Shown here piece after piece: positions 25,680 through 40,672 of a stretch of DNA of 64,000 nucleotides. Under the pieces are notes generated by a model, which worked only from the letters and a program-made list of their open reading frames with translations, had not been told where the DNA came from and did no database searches. The stretch covers positions 1,920,001-1,984,000 of the forward strand of contig CM000151.3 of the NCBI GenBank assembly GCA_000004695.1, written 5' to 3'. This stretch comes from Dictyostelium discoideum (lineage: Eukaryota). The first letter of the stretch is position 1. Each line of letters opens with the position of its first letter. Made by a program: the position numbers and the translations under genes.

Positions 25680-26582
25680 ATGTTTAAATTAAATAATTGT
25701 AGTGGTGATGGTAGTGATGATGATAGTAGTTGTGATGATGATAGTAGTTCAAGTAATGATGAAACTCATATAAATAATTCATCAAGCTCTTATAGTTGTA
25801 ATAGTTTATTTAAAACAATTAAACATAAAGATTCAGTTAAACAAGATTGGATTCAAATGATCAATTCAATTTCAAATACAAAATCATTAAAATCAATAAC
25901 TTTAAAGAATTATTGTAAACTATTTGATACTGCAAAAAATAATAATTTAAATGAAGTTGATTTAATTTCAAATGGAATTCAAACTATAATAAAATCATTA
26001 CCATATTTAAAAAGTTTAAAATTAGTTGACATTGATCCACATATATATCCATCAATTGTATTCTCAACATTACTTTCAAATTCAACCTCAACCTCAACCT
26101 CAACAACAAAAACCAAAAATGATATTGAAAACTATTCAATTAATACATTAATAATTAAATCATCATTTATACCAATTTCAGAATTATTAATTAATTACCT
26201 ATTTAGAGATTTATTATCTTTACCAATTAAAAATCAAAATTATTTTAATCATATAAATAATAGTAATAATAAAATTAGAAATTTGAAATTAATTAAAAAA
26301 CCAGTTGATCATAAAACATCACAATTAATAATTGATAATATTAAATATCTTGAAAATAATAATTTAATTTTAAATTTATATTCTTTGGAATTTGTAATTG
26401 ATATTTCAAAAATTAATCAAATATTAGATTTATTAAACTCAAAATCACTTTTATTAATTAAAGAATTAAATTTAATTTATATGGATAATCAAGATGAAAA
26501 AATTGAAAATATTATATTATCATTAAAATCAAATTCAAATAATATAATTAATAATAAAGTAATTAATTTTATAAAATTATAA
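25680..26582 (+). CDS. Hypothetical protein of 300 aa with an acidic Ser/Asp-rich N-terminus. Possibly part of the same locus as 24524..25592.
   Basis: ORF in the same frame as 25344..25592 but separated from it by several stops. Coding-like composition. Confidence 0.35.
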   Translation: MFKLNNCSGDGSDDDSSCDDDSSSSNDETHINNSSSSYSCNSLFKTIKHKDSVKQDWIQMINSISNTKSLKSITLKNYCKLFDTAKNNNLNEVDLISNGIQTIIKSLPYLKSLKLVDIDPHIYPSIVFSTLLSNSTSTSTSTTKTKNDIENYSINTLIIKSSFIPISELLINYLFRDLLSLPIKNQNYFNHINNSNNKIRNLKLIKKPVDHKTSQLIIDNIKYLENNNLILNLYSLEFVIDISKINQILDLLNSKSLLLIKELNLIYMDNQDEKIENIILSLKSNSNNIINNKVINFIKL

Positions 26583-26791
26583 AAAAAAAAAAAAAAAAAA
26601 AGAATTAAAACAATTACATAATTAATAAAATAAAATAAAATATAATTAAATTTAAATTAATAAATTAATAAATAAATTTTTATTTTTACTTTATTATTAT
26701 TATTTTTATTGTAAAATGATTACAATAATTTTTTATTTTTATTTTTATTTTTATATATATATATATTTATAATTTATATAATGAGATTATT

Positions 26792-28767
26792 TTATTTTAA
26801 TTTTCTTTCCCAAGAATCGAAAATCTCATTATCAATGTTTATTGTTTCGATATTAACAGTTGAATTGTGAGAATTTACCATTGAATGAATAACATGTTGA
26901 ATACGACCATAAACTTCTAAATAATCATAATCTCTTAATTTCATTGTAGTTTCAACACCCCATGATCCATCACCAATATATAATGTCTAAAAATAATAAT
27001 AATAATAAAAATAAATTAATAAAAAATTAAAAAAAATAGTAATAATAATAAAAATAAAAATAAGTTTAAAAACTTACACCATTTGGATGTTCCAAGCCAT
27101 TAACTAATTGTTTTGAACGTTTATATAAATGATAATGATTTTCATAACCAACAGTTAAATTATATTTATCAAAAACTGGACCCCAAAATTCTTTTGCTAA
27201 AGAAGAGATTTCAACATCCATTGAAATTTTAGTGCATGGATAGAGGGCGATATGATATAGAGCAAATTTAAATGTTTTATTATTATTATCTGATAATACT
27301 TGTTCCATCCAAGACACTTGATCAGGAATTTGATCAACTACCCAACTATCCATAACGATGATAATGGTTTCATTACCAATCGTATGAGAATGTTGTAAAG
27401 GTCTGTCATTGGGTGCAATATTTTGTAAACCCAATTGGAATGGTAAATAACTTGTATAGAATTGAACTGAGCCTCTTGAAGATTTCCATCCTCCAGCTTC
27501 ATGATTACCAATGGTTGTAATGATTGGTAATGAGAATCCTAATGGAGTGATAAAAGTTGTATCCCAACGATTGAACCATTCATCCCAACAACGATAACAG
27601 CTATCGAATCCACTGTCATATGCGACATCGCCACCCAACATCACAAACAAAGGTTCAACCATTGCTGCGTTAATTGATAATGATTCACCTGTACCTGTCA
27701 TACCCATATCACCACCTGTTATGAAATTGTATGGTGTACCATCTGATGGTGCAGTTCTAAATTTACGTTCTGGATAAAATATTAATTCACCATCAGATTT
27801 CTCAATACCAACCACTATATAATAAACAGTTGATGGTGTTAAACCAGTTATATCTGCCCAACTAACATATCTTTGTTCCTCTTGTCTAATATTATCCATT
27901 TCAAAATATGTACCATTCACACTAAAACCATATAAATTTTTAAAGTTTTCGATCTTCATCACTAAACCATCTTTAAAATAATCACTATGACTTGTTGTAT
28001 CATAATATGCGAATGAACCAATTGGTTCATCATTTGAATGCCATCCTACAATAATTGAATTTGATAAATTCTCTGGTACTGTTAATATAAAATTACAAAT
28101 TTCACCACTTGGACAACTTTCACCAAGTGATTTTCTAGAATATCTACTTGATACTCTCTTTTAAAAAAAAAATAAAAAAAAAAATAAAAAAAATAAAAAA
28201 TAAAAAATAGAATTAATATTTTATTGATTATTTATTTATTTATTTATTTATTAATTATTTAAAAGAAAAACTTACAAATGGATGAATACCAATACATAAG
28301 TCATACATCATAAAACTTGAAATAAAAGAACCAATTACAAAAGCAATGAAAACTAAAATTGAATTTCTTTTACCAAATTTTGATAAACCATTAATTAATG
28401 AACGGAAATAATTATCAATTTTACCTTTAAATTTTAAATCATTTTTATAATCTGGTGAACGTTTCATTATATTCATAAAACCAGATTGTAAAATGATTAC
28501 CATTAATACCCATGCCAATGCCCAATGAATTTGATTGAATGCTGATGCCATTAATACAAATAATGGAGTACCCACCCAAAATACTTCCCATGCTAAATAT
28601 CCACCATATCTAGCACCATCTTTTTTTGATAATCCTCTCTTTACATATTTAATAAATCCATATAAAAAGAATCCAATCATAACTGCTACTATTATTGCTA
28701 AACATATTCCTAATGATGCTAAAAAAAATAAATGTCTAAATGAAATATCATTAAATGTAGCTGACAT
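26792..28767 (-). CDS. Purple acid phosphatase-like metallophosphoesterase, three exons (28767..28276, 28157..27078, 26986..26792), with an N-terminal multi-pass hydrophobic exon.
   Basis: Exon 2 carries the PAP metal-ligand motifs GDMGMTG, GGDVAYDSG, GNHE and ..NHYHLYKRS (equivalent to the GHVHxYER block). Exon 3 encodes TLYIGDGSWGVE.... The introns are GTAAGT...AAAAG (28275..28158) and GTAAGT...TTTAG (27077..26987), both phase 0. Exon 1 encodes about 160 aa of strongly hydrophobic segments (FFLASLGICLAIIVAVMIGFFLYGF...). Confidence 0.8.
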
Positions 28768-29439
28768 TTTTGATTTTTGTTTTCCTTCTTTTTTTTTTTT
28801 TTTTTTTTTTTATTATTATTCCTATTTATACCTAAAATAAAATAAAAATAATAATAATAATAATTATAAATAAAAATAAAAATAAATTAATAAATAAATA
28901 TTATTTTTTTAATAAAAAAAAAAAAAAAATTAAAATTGAATAAATAAAATGTTTAGATTATTATTTTATTTTTATTTTTTTTTTTTTAAACAAAAAAAAA
29001 AAAAAATGATAATAATAAATTAAATAAAAATAATGAATTATATAAAAACCACACTTAATCGTTTAGATCTTTAAAGTTTTTTTTTTTTTTTTTTTTTCAA
29101 TTCTTTTTTTTTTTACTAATACAAAAATAATATTACAAAAAATTAATATTACACTACTGTGCGACAAAAAATTGAAAATCCCTACCCTGATCAGAAAAAA
29201 GAAAAAGAAAAAGAAAAAAAAAAAAAAAAATCATATCATTGCGAAAATAAAAAAAAAAAAAAAATAAAAAAAAAATAAAAATAAAAATAAAAATAAATAT
29301 GTGTGTGACTAAGATATTAAAATTGATTGGAAAAATTTTATTTTTAAAATTGCATCCATGCACATTTTTGAAACTTTAATCTTAATAATTTTAATTTTTT
29401 TTTTTTTTTTTTTTTTTGATTTCAAGAAAAATAAACGCT

Positions 29440-29471
<32 letters not shown>

Positions 29472-29613
29472 TTAAAATTAAAAAAAAAAAAAAAACTGTG
29501 TTGGTGGTTTTTTTTTTTTTAAAACTAACAAAAAAAAAACTTGTTTCGTTTTTTTTAAAAAAAAAAAAAAAAAAAAAAACTATTTTATATCACACATCTT
29601 TATTTTATCAATT

Positions 29614-31836
<2,223 letters not shown>

Positions 31837-32611
31837 TTTTAATTTTTTAAAAAAAAATATATTTTTGTGATTAAAAAAACAAAAAATATAATAAATTAAA
31901 TGATTTCTGTTATTAGAAAAATAATTAAAAAAAAAAAAAAAAAAAAAAGAAAAGAGAGAAAAGAAAAAAATGAATAGAAAAAGTAAAAAAATATTAATAT
32001 TAATCTTTTTTAAAAAAAATAATAATAATAATAATAAAAAGAAGAAAAAAAGGAAAGAAAAGAACAAAAAAAATAAAAAATTATTAATATTAATCTTTTA
32101 TTTTTTAAAAAAAAAAAATAAAAAAAAAATAAAAAAATATTATAATTATAAATGTGTATTATTTAATTGTTCTTTTTATAGACATAAATCACCTCCTCAA
32201 AACTCACACACACACTTTGATAAATAAAAACAAATAATTCTCAACGCCATAAACATCTTTTTTTTCAATAAAAATGAAATATGTTGTGACAGAATTTATA
32301 TAAAATGTTTTATTTTTAATTTATATCAACTTAAACCATAAAAAAATTTAAAAAAAAAAAAAAGAGCAAATTTGGGGTTTGGTATACAAAATTGGAAAAA
32401 AAAACAAAAAAAAACAATTAAATGAAACACATTTTCATAAATTGTTGTGTATATATATATTTTTTATTCTCTTACATGAGATATATATATATATATATTT
32501 TTTTTTATAAAATTTATTTATTTATGTTTATATATTTTTTATTTTTTTTTTATTTTTTTTATTTTTTTTTTTTTTTCTTTAAAACAAACTTGAGAAATTT
32601 AATAAATAATT

Positions 32612-33335
32612 TTAATCTAACTTAAGTTCGAATTTCTCCCAATGTACACCATTTTTATCAACGACAACAATATCTGCAAAATCACCAGTGTAAATATCTC
32701 TTTCACCAGCAGATGTAATTGAATCCTTTACAAATGAAACAACTTGTTCACATGATACATCTTTATTTCCTTCTACAATTTGTTGATTAAATTTAGCAAC
32801 CTTTTTAATTGAAATAGATGTTAAAAATCAATAAATTAATAAATGTGATATAAATATTATTATTATTATTACTATTATTTTATATATAAATTACTTACTT
32901 GGTTATCGAGTAATGGAATTACTAATTGATTACCAGAACCTTGAGAAGAGTATTTAACTCTTTCATGACTACCTACAGCATCATAAGTCCAAATCCAACC
33001 TTCACCTTGTTCGTCTACACCAGCAACTAAATTGAAAGTATAGTATGGGAAAAATCTTTTATAGTACAATGTGTTTGATAAGAATTGAGCGATTGCTGGT
33101 GTACTCATTGGTTTACCATGCTCTTTTTCAAATGATTCCAACATTGATTTTAAACGTTTTTGTAATGCAATTGTATCTGCTTGCATACCTGATGTTGCTA
33201 AAACACATTTCTTTGTTCTAAATTAAATTAATTAATTTTAATTTTAATTTTATCAATTACAATTAATCATATTAATAATTATTAAAATATTTTTATTGAT
33301 ATATATGTATTGTTGATTAAATTATCGTAATTATT

Positions 33336-33368
<33 letters not shown>

Positions 33369-33771
33369 AATTAGTTAATATTTTATTAATTTATAATAAT
33401 TATAATAAAAAAAGTTAAAAAAAAAAGTTACATACAATTGAAAAATTTTAGTATATTTTCTAGTTTGAATACCATAACCACCATCAGACATACGTGTATC
33501 ACCAGCAATAACACAATAATCTTTACCAGCAACTGCCAAAACTGTACTATAATTTTTTATATTTTAAAGGGTGAAAAAAAGATAAATAAAGTAATTAGTA
33601 ATTCTAATTCTCTATTTTAAAATAATAATAATAACCATATATCAGGATTAAAGTAGATTCTTTTTATTAATTTACTTACCCTCCATTATCTACATATGCC
33701 TCAAATCTTCCATGACTGATTGGTTGTTGTTTATCTTTTTCTGGTAATGCACTTAATTTTAAAGTTTCCAT
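32612..33771 (-). CDS. psmB1: Proteasome subunit beta type-1 (beta-6), four exons (33771..33680, 33546..33436, 33217..32899, 32800..32612), 236 aa.
   Basis: Spliced product reads METLKLSALPEKDKQQPISHGRFEAYVDNGG|TVLAVAGKDYCVIAGDTRMSDGGYGIQTRKYTKIFQL|TKKCVLATSGMQADTIALQKRL...RFFPYYTFNLVAGVDEQGEGWIWTYDAVGSHERVKYSSQGSGNQLVIPLLDNQ|VAKFNQQ...ERDIYTGDFADIVVVDKNGV.... It is co-linear with human PSMB1 ([21 protein letters not shown]...[34 protein letters not shown]...LLDNQVGFKN...ERDVYTGD). All introns are GTAAGT/GTATGT...AG, and exon lengths are phase-consistent. Confidence 0.9.
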
Positions 33772-34019
33772 ATTTAAATATTTTAATATATATATATATA
33801 TACAAGATGATGATAATAATTGATGAAAATAAAAAAAATTAAGAAAAAAAGAGAATGAAATTGTAATATATACAAAATAAAAAAAACAAAAATTAAATTG
33901 ATGAAAATAAAAAAAAAAAAAAAAATAAAAAATTAAAAAAAAATGAAAGTGGTGAGTTCAAAAAAAAAAATTAAAAAAAAATAAATTAAAAAAAAAAAAT
34001 TAAAAAAAAAAAAAAATAA

Positions 34020-34050
<31 letters not shown>

Positions 34051-34200
34051 TATTTTATAAAAAATAAAAAAGAAATAATCTTTAAATTAAAAAACTTAAG
34101 GTTTTTTTTTTTTTTTCAAAATATATTCCAAAGTAATAATTTTATTTCATTTATATATATATATATTTTTGGTGTTTTTTTTTTTTTTTTTGGATGTGTT

Positions 34201-34231
<31 letters not shown>

Positions 34232-34957
34232 TTGGAAATCCATTTTTATGATAAATTGCCAAAACATTAATATATTAATATATTCTTCAACTTTAAACAA
34301 TTGTGAATATCTTTTTTTAGATTATACAAATATCATTAAAATAAATAACTCTAACCCAAGTTTTTTTGTGATCCCAACCATATCCAATTCTCAAATAATT
34401 ATTAATTTGGAAAATAAATAAAATAAAATAAAATAAAATAAAATAAAATAAAATAGAATAAAATAAAATAAAAAAATATGAACATATCAAAAAATAAAAT
34501 AAATAAAAAATAAATTTGAATGAAAAAAAAAAAAAAAAAAAAGTGATTAATAACCGATCAGAGATAGATTAGAGTTTTAAAAAAAAATAAAAAAAAAAAA
34601 AAAAATAAATTTTTGATATTTTTTCAAAATTAAAAAATTAAAAAAAATAAAAAAAAATAAAAAAAAAAAAAAATTTTTTTTGACCACACACAAAAAAAAA
34701 AAAAAAAAAAAATTTTAAAAACAAATACAATAAAGGTTTATAAATCTACCAAAAAAAAAAATAATTTGTTTTTTTTTTTTTTTTTTTTTTTATAAAAAAA
34801 ACAATTTTGCATCTATTTATTATTTATTTATTTATTATAAATAAAACCATTGTTCGATCAAAAACATAATTTTATAAAAAAAGATAAATAAACCTATATA
34901 TATATATTTATAAAAACTCAAAAACCTGTAATATTAGAATCAACAATAAATAATAAA

Positions 34958-35176
34958 ATGACACAAAATGGATTAAAAGAATCTAAAGATGGAAAAGTAC
35001 GTATAAAACTATTTTATATATATATATATATATTACTATACTATTCTCGGTTATTAAATTTTTAATATTAAATATTATATGATTAATTCAAAAAAAAAAA
35101 AAAAAAAAAAAAAAACAAAATTCAAAATTCAAAATGAAATTTTCTATATAAAATAATTAATTAATTAATTAATTAA

Positions 35177-35227
<51 letters not shown>

Positions 35228-36208
35228 ATGAAATTTAGACAATAAAAGAAGGCAGTGTAATTAAACAAGGTGGTAGAATAAAGAATTGGAAAAAAAGATG
35301 GTGTGTTTTAAATGAGGAAGGATTACATTATTTTAAATCTCAACATAGTATAGAAAAAGGTTCAATACTGTTGGCAGAGATAATATCAGTGGAGGGAGAT
35401 GATAAACCTGCAACTAAAAGAAAATATTGTTTCAAAGTTACAACCATCGATAGAAAATATAGAATATGTGCAACTGATTCATTGGATAGAGATGAATGGA
35501 TAAATTCAATTGAAAAACTTTTAAAATCAAAAGGATTATATAATATTGAAAATAATAATAATGGAACTGGTACAATTATAAAGGTACCTATATTATATTA
35601 ATGTATATATCTATACCCCCACCTAATTCACACACATATTAACATATTATGGATGAACATTTTTATTTTGTTTTATTTTTTATTAGACTTCAAAAAATGT
35701 AGATATTAATAAATTAAGGAGTGAAGAAGATGATGATTCAGAATCATCAACACATTCAAATAGTTATTTAGGTAGTAATTCAGTACCATCAATGAAAAAA
35801 ATAATTTTAACACCAATTATGGTATCATTAAAAGAAAAGTTTTCACAAAAAACATTTGCTGCAGAGTTAAATAGAAAGGTTAGTTGTTGTTGTTGTTTTT
35901 ATTATTATTATTATCATTACAAGACAGAGAGAGAGGGTTATTAATATGATGTTATGTTTATTAAAAAAAAAAAAAAAAAAAATTTATAGAAAGATTTATT
36001 ATCATTAGAAGAGACAGAAAGAGTTTTATCACTTTTAGATTCATATATTGATGGCGAAGTTGATGAATCACAAATTGAAAGAGATAGGGAAATTAAATTA
36101 ATTGTTAAACAAATTGCTCAAATGAAACAGGCTGAAATGGATGCAATAGAAAATAAATACAATCAAAAACGATTAGAGATTTTAGAAGAAATTAAAAGAA
36201 GGTCTTAA
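34958..36208 (+). CDS. Small PH-domain protein with a C-terminal coiled-coil, four exons (34958..34996, 35239..35583, 35687..35878, 35990..36208), about 264 aa.
   Basis: Exon 2 encodes a canonical PH beta1-beta2 region and C-terminal helix: KEGSVIKQGGRIKNWKKRWCVLNEEGLHYFKS...KYCFKVTT.DRKYRICATDSLDRDEWINSIEKLL. Donors are GTACGT, GTACCT and GTTAGT; acceptors are TTTAG, TATTAG and TTTATAG. Phases are all 0. Intron 1 contains a (TAAA)n array. Confidence 0.75.
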
Positions 36209-36230
36209 TTAAAATTATAAGCTATCAACG

Positions 36231-36264
<34 letters not shown>

Positions 36265-36373
36265 TCAATTAAACCAATTAATGAATCATTATAAAGAAAT
36301 CAAAAAAAAACCCAAAACCAGTGTAAATCCAAAAAAAAAAATAAAAAAAAAATAAAAAAAAATAATAGAAATT

Positions 36374-36404
<31 letters not shown>

Positions 36405-37483
36405 AAAACATAAAAAGAAATTTATGAACCATAAAATAAAACCCACTTTTCTTCATTTTCTTGGACAATAAAAGATAAAAAAAAGGCAAATTTTTAAAAG
36501 AGGGTGTTAATTGAAATTTCTTTTTTTTTTTTTTGTTTTAAAAGTGATATTGTTTTTTTTTTTTTTATAATAATAGAAATAATTTAAAAATAAAAAAAAA
36601 TAAAAAATAAAAAAAAATCATAAAAGGGTTTAGTTTTTTATTTTTATTCATTTATATGTGTCACTCAACCACAGAGGGTATGACAATATTTTACTTTAAT
36701 ATAATTTTCTTTAAAAAAAAAAATAAAAAAATAAAAAACAAAAAAAAATAAAAAAGAGTGAAAAGAAAGCGATAATTATAATAAAAAAAAAAATTATAAT
36801 TTTTTAAACATTTGGCTATTTATAACCCACAATTAAATCATTTTTTTATTTTTTTTTTTTTTATTTTTTTATTTTTATTATTTTTTTTTTTTTTTTTGTA
36901 TTCTTTTTTTTTTATTATTTACACAATTATTTAGGTAACTATATATAATTAAATATATATTTTTTTTTAAAAATTTATATAAATCTAAATATAATTGTCA
37001 TTTATTAATATAAAAAAAGAAATCTTGTTATCGTTTAAAAAATAAAAGGTGTGTAAAACCAAAAATAAAAAAAAAAAAAAATAAAAATAAAAAAAAAATA
37101 AAAAAAAAAAAAAATCCTAAAAAATTTTTTTTAATTTTTTTTAGGAATCCAATTCATTTCGCTTAGAAAAAAAAAAAAAAAAAAAAAAAAAAATTAAAAA
37201 TAGTTATATAATAAAATTTCATAATAATAATAATAATAACAATTAATTTAACTAATAATACTAATAACAATTAATTATAAAAAAAAAAGAATAATCTAAA
37301 AAAATCAAAAAAAAAAATAATATTTTAAAATAATTTGTAATTTGTAATAATTTGTAATTTTATATTAATAAAGAAAAAAAAAAAAAAAAAAAAACAAAAA
37401 CAAAAACAAAAAAAAAAAATTTTAAAAAAAAAAAAAACATTTTTTTTTAATACATATAAATAAATAAATAAATAAATAAATAA

Positions 37484-39368
37484 ATGAGTGGTGTAGGAGG
37501 TGAATCAGTACATTTGAGAAGATCATCAACAACTGCGACAACCACAGGATCTAGTAAAAGTAGTTTAAATATAAGTAAGTCAGTTTCACCTACTGGTAAT
37601 AAAGCAGTTTCACCCATGAGTTCACCAAACTCATTGCAAAGTGGTGCAACTCCTACAATAGCACAATTACAAAGTTTATTAAAACAACAACAACAACCAA
37701 ATCATTCAATAACAACAAATAATAATAATAATAAATCAGTATCGGTTGAAATTGATGATTTAAAATCTCAACTACAACATTCAAATATAAACGATACCTT
37801 TAATGAAGATGAAGAAATTGAAGAAGTAACAGACGAGGTTATCATTAATCATGATTATCATTCATCTGAAGATGAATATGAAGATGATGAAGATGAAGAT
37901 GAAAATAATAATAGTGTAAATAATAATAGTAATAATAATAGTAATAATAATAATAATAACAATACAAGTATAAGTAGTGCACATAGTTGTGAAAGTATAG
38001 CAGAGGAAGAGGAACTTACAGCATCACCAATTTTATCAAGACAATATAGTTATACAATTGGTCATGGTACAAAACCTGATGTTGTTTTATCAATTGGCGG
38101 TGGATTCCATTCATCACCAAGATCAAATAGATCAGAGAGTACCATAGTTCATGAAGATGATCTCACAAATCAAAATGATAAAGTTATAAATGCAAAAGAT
38201 AAAATCTCTTCAGATTATAAAAGAATGATGGAAGATCCTGAAGCATTTAGAAATGAAAAATTAAAACAACGTAAATCAAAATTCTTTACAAAAAAAGGTT
38301 TGTTAAAAATATATATATATACACATAAAATAATAATATTAACTTTTTTATTTTATTTTTTTTTATTTAAAAAAAAATAGATTTAGAAGAAATACCATTT
38401 AATCCATCATCAGGTACTCAATTAAGATCAACATTATTTCAACAATTTATGAATGAAAAGATACAAATGATATCAGAGAATCCAGAGAAATATAAAAGCG
38501 AATTAATGAAATTTTATAAACAAAATTTGAAACCACAAGTACCTAAATCACCACAATCAAGTGGATCATTATCAACACATTCCGATAAATTAAAGACATC
38601 ATCGTCATTACAAAGAAGTAGATCAGTTAGTCAACCACCAGTTGTGACTGGTAATAGCAAGAATGCAATTGGTTCATTGGATACTATTTTAGAAAAGGAG
38701 AGAAAGAGGGATGGAAATCAAGATAGACAATTACCAATACTATTCACAAAGTGTGTTGATTTCCTCTCAAATGATGAAGCTTTAAAAACTGAAGGTCTTT
38801 TTAGAGTTGCAGGTAATTCAAGTGAAGTTGAAGATTTAATGAAATCAATATTACTCTATGGTTCCGATATTCCAAGTAATTGTTGTTATCATGTAGTTTC
38901 AAATATGTTAAAAAAGTTTTTACGTCAATTATCAACTCCAGTTTTCACTTTTAAATATCATAATGATTTCATCCAAACAATGAGTAAGTTTTAATTAATT
39001 TTATTCAAAATTACATATATATATCTATATTAATTTTATTTTATTAACTTTTTTTATTATTTTTTTTATTATTTTTTTTTCAAGAATTAAATAATGATGA
39101 AGAAAGAATTAAAGCAATTAAAGAGATTTTAAAATTAATACCACCAGTTAATCAATTATTAATTAAAGAGTTGATGAAATTTTTAGTAAAAGTAACTAGT
39201 TTTTCAAATGTTAATATGATGCATGCTCATAATTTAGGTTTAATGTTTGGTCCAAATATGTTAAAGGCGCCATCAGATTCTGAAATGAATGCAATTTCAA
39301 TGTTGGATGCTGGTAATCAAGTAATCACTTTATTAATTGAAAATTATAATTTATTTTATGATAATTAA
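37484..39368 (+). CDS. RhoGAP domain protein, three exons (37484..38297, 38381..38983, 39085..39368), with an N-terminal S/T/N-rich low-complexity region.
   Basis: RhoGAP motifs: LPILFTKCVDFLSNDEALKTEGLFRVAGNSSEVEDL (arginine finger GLFRVAG) and NVNMMHAHNLGLMFGPNML. Introns are GTTTGT...ATAG and GTAAGT...TTCAAG, both phase 1 and consistent. Confidence 0.8.
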
Positions 39369-39474
39369 TATTTAATAATTAATTGATTAAAAATAATAAT
39401 AAATTGAAAAAAAAAAAAAAAAAAAAAAAAATCAAATTTGTAACAACACTCACTAAACAATATCAGTTATAAAA

Positions 39475-39556
<82 letters not shown>
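39475..39556. repeat. Non-coding (AAT)27 microsatellite about 110 bp downstream of the RhoGAP stop codon.
   Basis: Perfect aat repeat run in the 3' flank; no ORF context. Confidence 0.9.
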
Positions 39557-39558
<2 letters not shown>

Positions 39559-40283
39559 GATTAATTATTATAATAAAAATAATATTAAAAACTTTTTATA
39601 TAATTAAATTTAATATTGAATAAAATACCATTTATTGAGAAATGATTGGAATGCCGTTTTTTTTATTAATTTTTTATTGTACTAACTTGGAATTAATTTT
39701 AATATTAAAAAAAATAAAAAAAAAAAATAATGTTTATTTTTTTGTACAATTACTTGATTGAATTTAAATTAAGGAACCATAAATGATTTCAATTGATATT
39801 TCTAGTCGGGTAAAAATATCAATGAAATATTTTACAGTTCATTAAAATAAATCCAACAATTATGTTTTTTGTACTTCTAAAAAAAACCTTTTTTTTTTTT
39901 CTTTTATTTTTTATTTTTTTTTTTATATATATATAAAATAAAAATGAATAAAAAAAAAAAAAAAAAATAATTATAAATAGAAAAAACAAAAAGGAAAAAA
40001 AAAATAAAAATAAAATAAAAAAAATAAAAAAAAAATAAAATAAATTATCAAAAATTTATTTATTATTATTTTTTTTTACAAAATGGGATTTTCTTCCCTT
40101 TTTGTAATTTTCATTTAATTTGGTAGTGTCTACACAGAAAATATTGGGTTTTTTTTTGTTGTTCAGAGTCTGAAAAGAAAAAAAAAAAACAGGGGGGGTG
40201 GAGGGGACTAAATATAGTGGTTGACATTTATTTGTGATAAAAATTGAAAAAAACAAAAAAATGAAATTATAATAAAAACAAAT

Positions 40284-40322
<39 letters not shown>

Positions 40323-40672
40323 AAAAAAAAAAAAAAAAAAAAAGGAAACCTTTTTTAAATATCTATTTTTAGGGTATAAAAAATTTTTTTGATAAAAATA
40401 TATAATTATTCAGTTAAATTTTTTTTTTTTTTTTTAACAATAATTTTGAAAATAATTAAAGAAAAAAAAAGGGAAAATAATTAATTCCTTTTTTAATAAT
40501 AAAATCCAATGAAATTTTTAATATGATAAAAAAAAAAAAAAAAGTAGAGGTTTTTTTTGAATTTATGATTTTTTTTTTTTTTTTTAGATGAGGAAACTGA
40601 TGAGAAAACCGATTAGAATTTTTCTTTTTTTTATTTTTTTTTTTTTATTTTTATTTTTAATTTGTTCTCTCT

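Noticed and set aside
29154-29363. Small ORFs in AT-rich spacers (29154..29363, 2429..2614, 28535..28840, 32422..32625, 52956..53448, 63050..63799 cluster)
   Set aside because: Homopolymer-derived (poly-K, poly-F) with no complexity. This is typical noise in DNA that is over 90% AT.
31837-32067. Upstream extension of the TALE homeobox ORF (MFFSFLFFFFLLLLL...)
   Set aside because: This is a translation of poly-A/T 5' flank. The Met at 31836 (MNTVEENNTK) precedes the first non-homopolymeric sequence.
40056-40256. 66-aa minus-strand ORF overlapping the G-rich island
   Set aside because: No coding periodicity or homology. More likely a regulatory or ncRNA region (see finding).
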